The notes below the pieces were generated by a model. It made no database searches. It had not been told where the DNA came from and saw only the letters and a list, made by a program, of their open reading frames with translations. From positions 96,001 to 160,000 of the forward strand of contig CAZALK010000001.1 in assembly GCA_964486045.1 (NCBI GenBank): DNA of 64,000 nt, read 5' to 3'. Position numbers and translations under genes: made by a program. Shown piece after piece: positions 39,071 through 49,000 of this stretch. Every line of letters begins with the position of its first letter. The stretch's first letter is position 1. The DNA is from an uncultured archaeon. GTDB taxonomy: Archaea; Asgardarchaeota; Lokiarchaeia; Sigyniarchaeales; SOKP01.

Positions 39071-41035
39071 CTAGTTTGATGGTAAACAGTATTGCTTTTT
39101 TAATAATTTATTTATTTCATTTTCATCAACGTTGAATAGTTCAAAGAATAACTTATCAATTGAATTTTGTATAATATTATTATCACAGTATAATAATGCA
39201 TTCATATTTTTTAGGGTTAATTGGTCATTTTTTAAGGGGAAAAAATTATTTGAAATCAGTTTTTGGTAAGTTTCTTTTCCTTCAATTTTCGAATATTTAT
39301 CGTCAGTGGTATTAATAAGTAAAGTAGTAAGTTTTTTGATTAAATTTATAATAGCAAATTTTTCAAAAGATTGGAAATATTTAAGGCAGGGGATCGGTAA
39401 TCCATGCTCAAGTTTTGTTTTACTTCTTTTTATATTGATGTTTTTAGCTTTAAATAAAAAGGAAACAAGTTTAGAGTTCAGATAAGCAAGTGTAAATAAG
39501 TAATCTATTTTGTTATTTGTTAACGGCCAAAGGAAATAAGTATCTGAAGTAGCATAATAAGGATCACATGAATAACCGAAGACATTTTCTCTCGAAATGA
39601 ATTTAAAAAAGATTTTTTGTTTGTTTTCGTAAAAAGGTTCGAGATCTACTAGCCTATCTTTTCCATTTTCATCTATTCTTCGGATGAAAGAACCTCTTCT
39701 GGGATAATAAAAGTCTTCAGGATTTTCCTTAGCATTAACTAAGATCTTTCGTAAACTTATTTCAAATTGCTTGAGATATTTAGTGAGAGCTGGATATTTC
39801 AGCTCAAGTAATTTGTTTCTCTCAGATAATGTTTGCTGATTGAATTCACGTTTATTGAAATATAATAAATATCCAATAGAATTTTCAGTATTATAGCCAT
39901 AGGGTTTAATAGATTTACTTTTAAATAACTTTTTAAGTCGGTTCTTTTCTATTTCATTTAGTTTCAAGTATTTTCCGTTGACTTGCACATAATAATTGTT
40001 ATTTTGAATTTTTAGTTCTTACCCTTCTTTTAAGATAAAGATACTGTCACTTATCAAAATTAGACCATTACGTATAATGAAATAATCTTGGATTTTTAAT
40101 ATGGATCCATTGTTTTCACAGTAAAACTCAATTTTATCGACAATCTCTTTTATTTTCTGAGTGTAAATTAGGTTCCAATTACCTGTTGGAGATAAATCAT
40201 TATTAGTTAGAGCAGAATTATATTTTCTTACATATTTCGAATTTGGATTCACAATTAAATCTCTGAAAAACCGTTTTTTCAATCCTTCCTCAATAAGTTG
40301 AGATTCACTACTTCTTAAGGTTTGGATGATTTGAATTTTCTTATTTTTTTTTCTTATTTTTTCTTGCTCTGTCTTTTTTTGTAATACGAAAATACAATTA
40401 TGTTGTCCCTTTGCTCCTTCAAATATATTTAAACTTGATAGATCTATATATTGAATTAAATAACATTCATCTAGGATATGTGGTTTTAATAATTTTATAC
40501 CTGTTTTTTGAGATTTAGTAACCCAATAATTTGTCGTAATATACGAGAGAAGTCCTCCCGGTTTTAATTTTTCTATTCCTAAATGAATGAAGAAGTAGAA
40601 CAAATCCATATTCCCTATGAAAAATTTGGCGCAAATGGGATAATTTTTTATGTATTCTTGGAAAATTTCAGCATTGTAGTTTTGACCCAGATAGGGGGGA
40701 TTCCCAATTATGAGATCAAATTTCTCTGAAATATTAGAACTTAAAAAATTATCAAATCTAAATTTTATTTTCGGAAAAGAATCAGTTAGAATTTTTTTCA
40801 GAGATAAATCCATCTCATATGCATATATATTTGAAAATGAGTTATTTTTCAGATGTTTTAAAAATATACCTTCCCCTGCCGATGGTTCTAAAACCTTAAA
40901 ATTTCGAGAAATTTTGTTATTATTTTTCTGAATAAAATTTACACAGTTTTTCACCATAAATTCTGCAATATAATCGGGTGTAAAAATTTGTCCGATAGTG
41001 TGATTTCTGTTGATATCAATCTTTTTTGAAACCAT
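39071..41035 (-). pseudogene. N6-adenine DNA methyltransferase (Eco57I/TaqI-like) interrupted by one in-frame TAA
   Basis: GQIFTP, LEPSAGEG and GNPPY motifs; TaqI-C-like 'LAYLNSKLV'. The two ORFs share a frame: ...GAA GGG TAA GAA CTA... at 40019-40021. Confidence 0.82.
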
Positions 41036-41153
41036 ATGATCTTAATATTAATTTAAAAATCTATAAAATTGGTGGTTTAAATTATTTTTCATAACTTGAA
41101 ATATCCTATTTATTAGGGATTTAAAAAAAGAAAGCATTGTGAAGCTATTTCAC

Positions 41154-42677
41154 TTAGCTATGGTGATGTTCTTGATGCTCCATCTTAATATTGATAGGTT
41201 TTAAATTCCCAATTGCCCAACCGGGAACTTCATTAAGAGAAGGATGGATAACCATAGAATTATAGATAGGCATAAAAGATCCTGCTTCTGGACATGCCAT
41301 TTCTAATCTCGGGAAATTACGATCACTTTGAGGTTCTGGTGATGAGCATGTGAATCCAGAATTCATTAAATATGCGAATGGTTGAACTAAAATCGCAGCA
41401 TTAGGGCCAACTATATGAGCCCCTAGTATTCTATAAGTTTTATCAACAATTAATTTTGCAAATCCATCATCTTCATCATTACTGGTAAATCCCATCGCAA
41501 AACCCTTGGCAACGCTTGAGTAATTCTTTTTTGCTACAAATATTTCATGTCCTTTTTCTATTGCTTCTGATTGAGTCATACCTACGTGTCCTATTTGGGG
41601 ATAAGTAAAGATCGCCCAGGGTACAGCAGAATAATCTACGGACTTCTTTTGGTCTTCTGGTCCGAAAATATTATTAGTGCAGATTTCTGCTTCATAGTTA
41701 GCTTTATGTCGAAATTGATAGCGCCCATTGGCGTCACCAAAACACCAGATATTTTTTGTACTTGTTTCTAAGTATTGATTAGTTTTAATCCATCCTCTTT
41801 CATCAGTATCAACACCAGTCTTTTTCACATTCAATATATCTGCATTTGAGCGTCGTCCAGCAGCAATTAGTATTTCCTCGGCTGAAACTTCAATTTCTTT
41901 CCCATTATTCATATTTTGGGCAATTATAATTTTATTCTTTTTCTTACCCATTGCTTTAATCGCTTTGTGGTTTACATAAACAGTCATGTGCTTCTTGAAA
42001 TTCTGCTCTAAAAATTTACTAATCTCAGGTTCTTCGGTTGTTATTAAACGTGGAAGCATTTCTACTATAGTTACCTCAGTTCCCATTGCGGAGAATATGT
42101 GAGCGAACTCAGCAGCAATTACTCCTCCACCTATGATTATAAGGCTTTTCCAAGGTTGTTTTGGAAATTTATCACCAAAAAAACTTTTGTTAGTTACATA
42201 ACCAACTTCTTCTAATCCTTCAATTGGGGGTATAATTGACCTAGCTCCAGATGTGATAACAAACTTCTCCCCTTTAAATCTCCCGAGACTTTTCTTTCCG
42301 TCTTGAGACTTTACTTCCATTTCAAGTTCACCAACAAATTCACCAACACCTCTGTACAATTTTAAGTTTGGTAAATGTGATAATCCTTCCTCCATTTGCT
42401 TGCTTTCATCAATTTGTGACCACATTCTTTTGGAAATTAATTCCCAGTCTATTTTTTCAATATTAAAATGAATCCCCACTTTTTTTGCATGTTGAGCCTC
42501 TCGAATTAAATCAGCAGGATGAACCAATACTTTAGAAGGAATACAACCACGTGTTAAGCATGTTCCACCCAATTTCGTATCTTCAATTAAGGCACACTTC
42601 ATTCCGACTTGAAGACCTACATTTAAGACACTTAAACCAGCCCCACTCCCGATTACTACTAAATCATAAGTTTCCAT
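41154..42677 (-). CDS. Pyridine nucleotide-disulfide oxidoreductase (dihydrolipoamide dehydrogenase / mycothione reductase-like)
   Basis: GSGAG, GGTCLTRGCIPSK, GGGVIAAE, GD and IHPSLNE motifs. Confidence 0.9.
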   Translation of the reverse strand: METYDLVVIGSGAGLSVLNVGLQVGMKCALIEDTKLGGTCLTRGCIPSKVLVHPADLIREAQHAKKVGIHFNIEKIDWELISKRMWSQIDESKQMEEGLSHLPNLKLYRGVGEFVGELEMEVKSQDGKKSLGRFKGEKFVITSGARSIIPPIEGLEEVGYVTNKSFFGDKFPKQPWKSLIIIGGGVIAAEFAHIFSAMGTEVTIVEMLPRLITTEEPEISKFLEQNFKKHMTVYVNHKAIKAMGKKKNKIIIAQNMNNGKEIEVSAEEILIAAGRRSNADILNVKKTGVDTDERGWIKTNQYLETSTKNIWCFGDANGRYQFRHKANYEAEICTNNIFGPEDQKKSVDYSAVPWAIFTYPQIGHVGMTQSEAIEKGHEIFVAKKNYSSVAKGFAMGFTSNDEDDGFAKLIVDKTYRILGAHIVGPNAAILVQPFAYLMNSGFTCSSPEPQSDRNFPRLEMACPEAGSFMPIYNSMVIHPSLNEVPGWAIGNLKPINIKMEHQEHHHS

Positions 42678-42825
42678 AATTTCAACTTTGTTTATATTAT
42701 TTTTAAAGTTTATAGTAATATTTTAGATAAGAACTATGAAAATTTCTTCGAAATATCTCATTCGAGAAAAGTTAATAAATATCCCATCTGAAATTAGAAT
42801 ACAGGAAGTGAAAATAGAAGTCTAA

Positions 42826-44778
42826 TTAAAATTCTTGAAGTAATAAAACAAAATTGCTTCCTTGTTTGTATTCTCCTTTAACTCTATCTTCAACCCAAAT
42901 ATCTCCAATATAACTATCTATTATTTTTTTTACGAGAGATAATCCAAGACCCATTCCCTTGCTTTTTTGGCTCTTCCGTGTTCCTTTCTCAAATATACTT
43001 TTTTTTCGATAATCAGATATCCCAAGCCCATTATCTTTAAATTCCATCCTGATATAATTCTTTTCTTCAATTATTTCTCTGTTAATTTCTATAATTATCT
43101 CAATTTTTGTCGAAATGTTATGCCTAACAGCATTTATCAAGATGTTCTCAAATACGTCCAATAAGAGGTTATTAGCCATTACAAAAACTTTATTCTCTGG
43201 TTTATTTATTTTAACATCCACAATTCTTGCCTGAAAGCTATTTTTGAGAAATGTTTCTGCATTTTTTAAAAATTTAATAGCTTCAATTTTTTCTAATTCA
43301 ACTCCCGATTCTTCAATTTCATTTATTTTTCTAACATTTTTAATTAATTTCCTTCCTCTCTCTACTTGTTCATTAATGATCTCATACAATTCACTTATCG
43401 TATGTAATTTTTCAGGATTGTTAAGGTAGAGTGAGCTGAGCTCGGCTGAAGAATTGATATTTTGGAGTATATTGTTGATATCGTGAGCAAAAATATCTCT
43501 ATAGAGGTTTGCTTGATAATATGCTTTTCGATATTTTTCTTCAGACTCCTTTAATTTATTATCCATTTCCTTTGGATCAGTAATATCGCGCAAAATTGAG
43601 TGAAGATAGGTCTTTTTATTGATTATTATGGCTTTTGCATGAATTAATATATCCCTTACTTCACCTGATTTAGTTTTATATTTCGATTCAAAAACATCAA
43701 ACCCCTGTTTGACGATTCTTTCAAGGTGGGCTCGATATTCATCGTTTCCCTCCATCATATCAAAGTCTGGTACTCTAATATTATTAAACTCCTCTCGTGT
43801 ATAACCGAGATTTTCATGCATTTTATCATTAAAATCTACGATCTTGCCATTTTCTGTATCGAGAACGATTATCATATCTCCTGCTTGCTCAAAAAGAGCG
43901 CGGTATTTAATCTCTGAATCTCTTAATTCCTTAGCTCTAACTTCTATTCTTTGTTCTAGTTCTTTATTTAATTTTTTTAATTTATCTTCAGATTCTTTTA
44001 ATTTATTTTCTGCCATTTTATGATCAGTTATATCGGCGATCATTCCTATACCATAAAGTGGCTTTCCATCATTTCCTCTAATTATCGAAGCAGTGAGATT
44101 CCCCCACAAAATTTTTTTATTCTTTTTAAAAAAACGTTGTTCGAGGGCGAAAAATGGTATCTCTCCTCTGATTAATTTTTCTTTAAGTCTGTTTTCTTTT
44201 TCTAGATCTTCAGAATGAGTTATATCTTGAATATTAAGGTTAAGTAATTCTTTCATTGTGTAACCAAACATATTAACCATCATCGAATTAGCCATCGTTA
44301 TGTGGTTATTTTTTAAATCAATTATAGTCATCCCAAGAGAACTCTCCTCAAAAACTTTACGAAATCTTTCCTCTGATTCTTTTAAAGCTTCTTCAGCTTT
44401 TTTTTTATCTGAAACATCTTTATAAATCGCTACTATTAACCCAGAAGGCAATTTATAGACGTAATTTTCCACCCATTGAGAAATCCTTTCATCTTTATAT
44501 TGTGAGATTGGATGATTTTCTGATTTTCCTGATCTCCAAACTCTTTGAAACACTTCAAATAAACCTAAATCTTTTATCCCTGGGAAAATTTTAGTTACTA
44601 GTTTACCGACGACCTCTTTTTGGTTAACTTGACTTATTTCCTCTCCTGCTTTATTTAGATCTTTAATTATAAAATCATTTCCGTCCTTAATTGGTTTATA
44701 TACTGCAACTCCGCTGCTCATATTATCAAAAAGTTCTCTAAATACTTTTTCTGATTCAATAAATGATTTCTCTATCAA
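42826..44778 (-). CDS. PAS-domain sensor histidine kinase
   Basis: Three PAS domains; AHDINNILQ; DNGLG; GMGLGL. Confidence 0.92.
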   Translation of the reverse strand: MIEKSFIESEKVFRELFDNMSSGVAVYKPIKDGNDFIIKDLNKAGEEISQVNQKEVVGKLVTKIFPGIKDLGLFEVFQRVWRSGKSENHPISQYKDERISQWVENYVYKLPSGLIVAIYKDVSDKKKAEEALKESEERFRKVFEESSLGMTIIDLKNNHITMANSMMVNMFGYTMKELLNLNIQDITHSEDLEKENRLKEKLIRGEIPFFALEQRFFKKNKKILWGNLTASIIRGNDGKPLYGIGMIADITDHKMAENKLKESEDKLKKLNKELEQRIEVRAKELRDSEIKYRALFEQAGDMIIVLDTENGKIVDFNDKMHENLGYTREEFNNIRVPDFDMMEGNDEYRAHLERIVKQGFDVFESKYKTKSGEVRDILIHAKAIIINKKTYLHSILRDITDPKEMDNKLKESEEKYRKAYYQANLYRDIFAHDINNILQNINSSAELSSLYLNNPEKLHTISELYEIINEQVERGRKLIKNVRKINEIEESGVELEKIEAIKFLKNAETFLKNSFQARIVDVKINKPENKVFVMANNLLLDVFENILINAVRHNISTKIEIIIEINREIIEEKNYIRMEFKDNGLGISDYRKKSIFEKGTRKSQKSKGMGLGLSLVKKIIDSYIGDIWVEDRVKGEYKQGSNFVLLLQEF

Positions 44779-45009
44779 ATTTTCCTCAATCTCCTGTTTT
44801 TCTTCAAATTTTCTTATGCAACTATTAATGCTATATGTTTCTTTTCATTTATTTTGATTAAATCTTCTTTAAGTCTATTAAAGCACATATATAGTTAACT
44901 AATTGTATTTAAATCTATGTGGTTTATTCTTATATCCGATTAATCTTTATGAAATAATAATGAATTTAAGACGTTGTAGTTGGTACTCTCAACTTGCGAA
45001 AAATAATTT

Positions 45010-45765
45010 TTATTTGTCGGAACCAACCGGGATTAATAATACAAATTTAGAGCCTTTTGAATAATCTCCATTGATTCTGTTCTCAACCCAAATAATTCCA
45101 CTATAACTATCGATAATTTTTTTTACAAGCGATAATCCAAATCCCATTCCTTTACCATGTGTGCCCTTTATAAAGCTAGTGTTGAATATCCATTCCTTTC
45201 GATCATCAGTTATTCCTATACCGTTATCAATAAATTCGACTTTTATGTAACTCCGATTTTCTTTTAAGGATTGTGTGATCTGAATAGTAACATCAACGGA
45301 ATTATTTAAGTTATGGAGAACTGTATTAATCAAAAGGTTCTCAAAAATTTCGACTAACAATTCGTTTGCTTCCACCCAGATATTATCCTTAAAAGGATTG
45401 ACTTTAATATTTAATTTTTTATCTCGAAAATTTTTTTGTACGAAATTGATCGCTTCTTCTAATGGTTTAATTATATTTATTTGCTCTGTTAAGTTGTTTA
45501 TTTTTTTTATTTGAGATAAATTTCGAGCATTTGATATTAGTTTAATTCCACGCGCTATCTGACCATTTATTATGTCGAATTGTTCACGAACTTTACTTAT
45601 TTGAGATGAATTGCCTAAAAAGATTTTACACAATTCGGTGGAACTTCGAACATTATTAAAAATATTGTTTATATCATGAGCAAGGAACTCGAAGGATTTT
45701 GAATTCTGAGACTTTTCATCTATTTTCTTTAACTCCCTTTTTTTTGCTGGATCTTTGAGATTCAA
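45010..45765 (-). CDS. Sensor-less histidine kinase (H-box + HATPase only)
   Basis: AHDINNIF at about aa 30; DNGIG; GMGFGL. An in-frame stop lies two codons upstream of the TTG start. Confidence 0.85.
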   Translation of the reverse strand: MNLKDPAKKRELKKIDEKSQNSKSFEFLAHDINNIFNNVRSSTELCKIFLGNSSQISKVREQFDIINGQIARGIKLISNARNLSQIKKINNLTEQINIIKPLEEAINFVQKNFRDKKLNIKVNPFKDNIWVEANELLVEIFENLLINTVLHNLNNSVDVTIQITQSLKENRSYIKVEFIDNGIGITDDRKEWIFNTSFIKGTHGKGMGFGLSLVKKIIDSYSGIIWVENRINGDYSKGSKFVLLIPVGSDK

Positions 45766-46062
45766 ATTTTATTCTCTTAATACTTTTCTTGATGTCGATT
45801 TTTTTTAAACTAAGGCATGGCATTATAATCTTAGATTTCTAATTTAAAATTATTCTAAAAAGCAATAAAGAAATGATAGCAATTAAAATTAGATCTTTTT
45901 TTCTTCTTCATATTTCTTAGATTGGCTTTAGGATAATCCTAATTCTTCTTTTTTCAATCTATTTTAATTCTATTTAAGACATAAATTTGAACTCATTGAA
46001 AATAATTCCTGTTTTTTCTTTAAATATTTCTGTTTCTATCCTGCAAAAGATAATAGATTTCT

Positions 46063-49000
46063 GTGAATTTAATGAAAAAAAACTCAAAAGTTATAATTAT
46101 TTTTCTCATATTTGTTGTAATTGTGTGCTTTTCTCAAGTGACCATGGAAGGTAAGGTAGAAAATCTACCTAACAGTTTAAATTCGCCTTCAGAAGCTAGT
46201 TTTAATAGTTTAAACTCTGTCTTTGATGAAAAAATTGACGCTTATAATACTTTTGGATTCTTTCCTCAAGTTTATGGCTCATCCTTACAAGCCACTTATT
46301 ACGGGCTATATATATTAGACTCTATTGGGAAGTTAGATGGCTTAAATAAATCTAAGTTTACCCAATATATTATGAGGCATTACAATTCCAGCTCAAATCT
46401 GTTTATAGATAGATTTGCCAACCGATATTTAGACACTGATTTTTCTCATTCATATTACCCTCTTTCAACCGTTCTTGAGATCAACAGTTATGCGATCCTA
46501 TCATTGTCACTCCTGGATGAATTAAATTTAATAAATATTAGCAAATCAATTGATTTCTTGTGGAGTTGTTATAATCCAGTTTCAAGCGGTTTTATTGGAC
46601 AGCCATATGATCCCCAGTTGGAAGCGTATTTCAAAATTTCAACCATGGATAATACCTATTTTGCAGTTACAACCTTAGATTTGTTAATGGGAAGTTGGTC
46701 AGGATATACTCAACAAAAAAGCGAATTAATTGTTTATATTAATTCCCTTCAAATGTCAGGTGTTATGGGTTGGAAACTCGGGGGATTTAAAAATGATGAT
46801 GCCTCATCTTTTAATTCACTCACGATTCTATTTGAGCCAAATTTACTCTCTTCATTTTACAGTATAAAAACTTTAGAGGTGTTTGGGATGGAAAGCACTA
46901 TTAATTATCCAAATTTTTATAATTTCTTAGGCTCTCTTTATGACTCTGCGAATCATTTTTTTCGAATATCACAATTAGATTTTAATAACAACTTCACTAA
47001 CTTAATAGCTACAGCATTAGGATTAGAACTTTCAGATATTACGGGTTTTGTTTCTTTTAATCGAACTGAAGTATTAAATTTTCTTTATAATAACAGAAAT
47101 TCACTGGGAATGTGGGATGCTTCTACTACTATTCAAAAACATGAATTAATAGATACTTTCCAGATTATGAGGACCTTGCAAAACACGAACGAGATCATCA
47201 TGCTTAATTTTAATGATAGAAATCAGATTAGTTATAATAGCCTATCTTATTTTTCAAGTAGCAATAGTAGCTTTTCTCTCTTATCAAAAGATTATAATAC
47301 AATCAGTTTACTCTATACCATAATAGAATCATTTAATCTGTATGATAGAATCTCTGAACTGGACATCCAAGGGTTATATACTACTATTACTGAATCCTAT
47401 TATTATGACGATTATTATAGATATGATGGATTTATCTCTTATACAAATATTGATACAAATCATATTGGTTTCAGATCCTATCCCATTGAATTTTACAGTG
47501 CGGGAAATAAAGAATATTTCGATGAGATCGGGTATCTTTTTTCGCATAAAGCTACCTTTCAAGCCTTAAGATCTTTAAATAGGTTGTTTAAATTAGATGA
47601 TTTTGGATTAACGCATGATTTATCGAGATTAGTAGGAAATATCATCGATACCCAATTTCTTAACTCTTCCTACCCTGACCAACATGGTGGGTTTTTACCC
47701 ATTATGGAATATGATCCTCAGTGGAGAGAATTTCTAAGTAAAAACATATATCTTGAATATTCGTATTACGCAATTAAGGCATTGGAATTACTTAGCGAAC
47801 ACTTGGGGTTGGGAGGAGTAAACAACCTTACTTTTAATAAAAGTGCTTTAAACCTCTATATCCATAATAAATTTTTCGAAGATGCAACAACTCTTTATTT
47901 TCAACCAGATCATAGTACCCAGCCAGAAACCCTAATCGAGAATACCTACTATGCTATCTATATCCTAAAACAGATTAATTTTTCCGATGTGGATGAGCAG
48001 AAAATAGCAAACTTCGTATCCACTAACATCAATTACTCAAATATAAAAAGTGTCTATTTTGCATATAAACTCTCAAAACTCATTGCTCCAGAGATTTATC
48101 TAAACTATGATTTAATTTATCAGTTAATTGGCGCTATTTACGACGATGCTATAAAAGAATATTACCTAACAACAGATAAAGAAGAAATAATGCAAGAAGC
48201 TTTTTTATGGATATGTGATATGGTTGTAAATGACTTAAGCATCTCTACAACCACGATCAATATTGAGTATCTTGCAAATTCTGAATTCTTATCTACGGGA
48301 AATAATATAAATTTCAGTATCGTCTCGAAATATGGTGGAACTTACTGGTTCTGGGTGAATGGAGTACTTACCAGTTCAAGTACATTTCAATCTAATAGCG
48401 AGAATATATCCCTCTCTCTTGATAGTTATGCAAACATGTTAGGAAACTTTACGGTTAAGATTAACGCTACTGCCCTAGATGGTCAATATGCAGAGGCTAC
48501 ATCTACTTTTAGTGTGTATTCTGATTCAAGTACAGTTGTCAATGTTGAGAACCTTTCAAATTGTGAATTTTTATCAATAGGAAATAATATCACTTTCAGT
48601 ATTACCGCCAAATATAGTGGAACTTACTGGTTTTGGGTTAATGGGATACTTGGTAATTCAAGCACATTTCAATCTTATGGTGATAATATATCAATTTCTC
48701 TTAATAATTATACAGATACGTTAGGAAACCATACGATTAAAATAAACGCTACTGCGCTTGATGGTCATTACGGAGAAATGATATCCAATTTTAATGTATA
48801 TTCTGATTCAAGCACTATTGTAAACATATTATCTCTTAATAACTATGAGTATAGCACTACAGGACATAACATTAATTTCAGTATACATTCTGATTATCCA
48901 GATTGGTATAATGTGTCAATAAACGGTTTTGAGATCAGTTCAGGTACTTATTATGATGATCAAGTCTTTAATATCTCTATTGACAGTTATGACATAGGTA

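Noticed and set aside
40019-40021. Pyrrolysine/selenocysteine readthrough in the DNA methyltransferase
   Set aside because: The stop is TAA, which neither system recodes.
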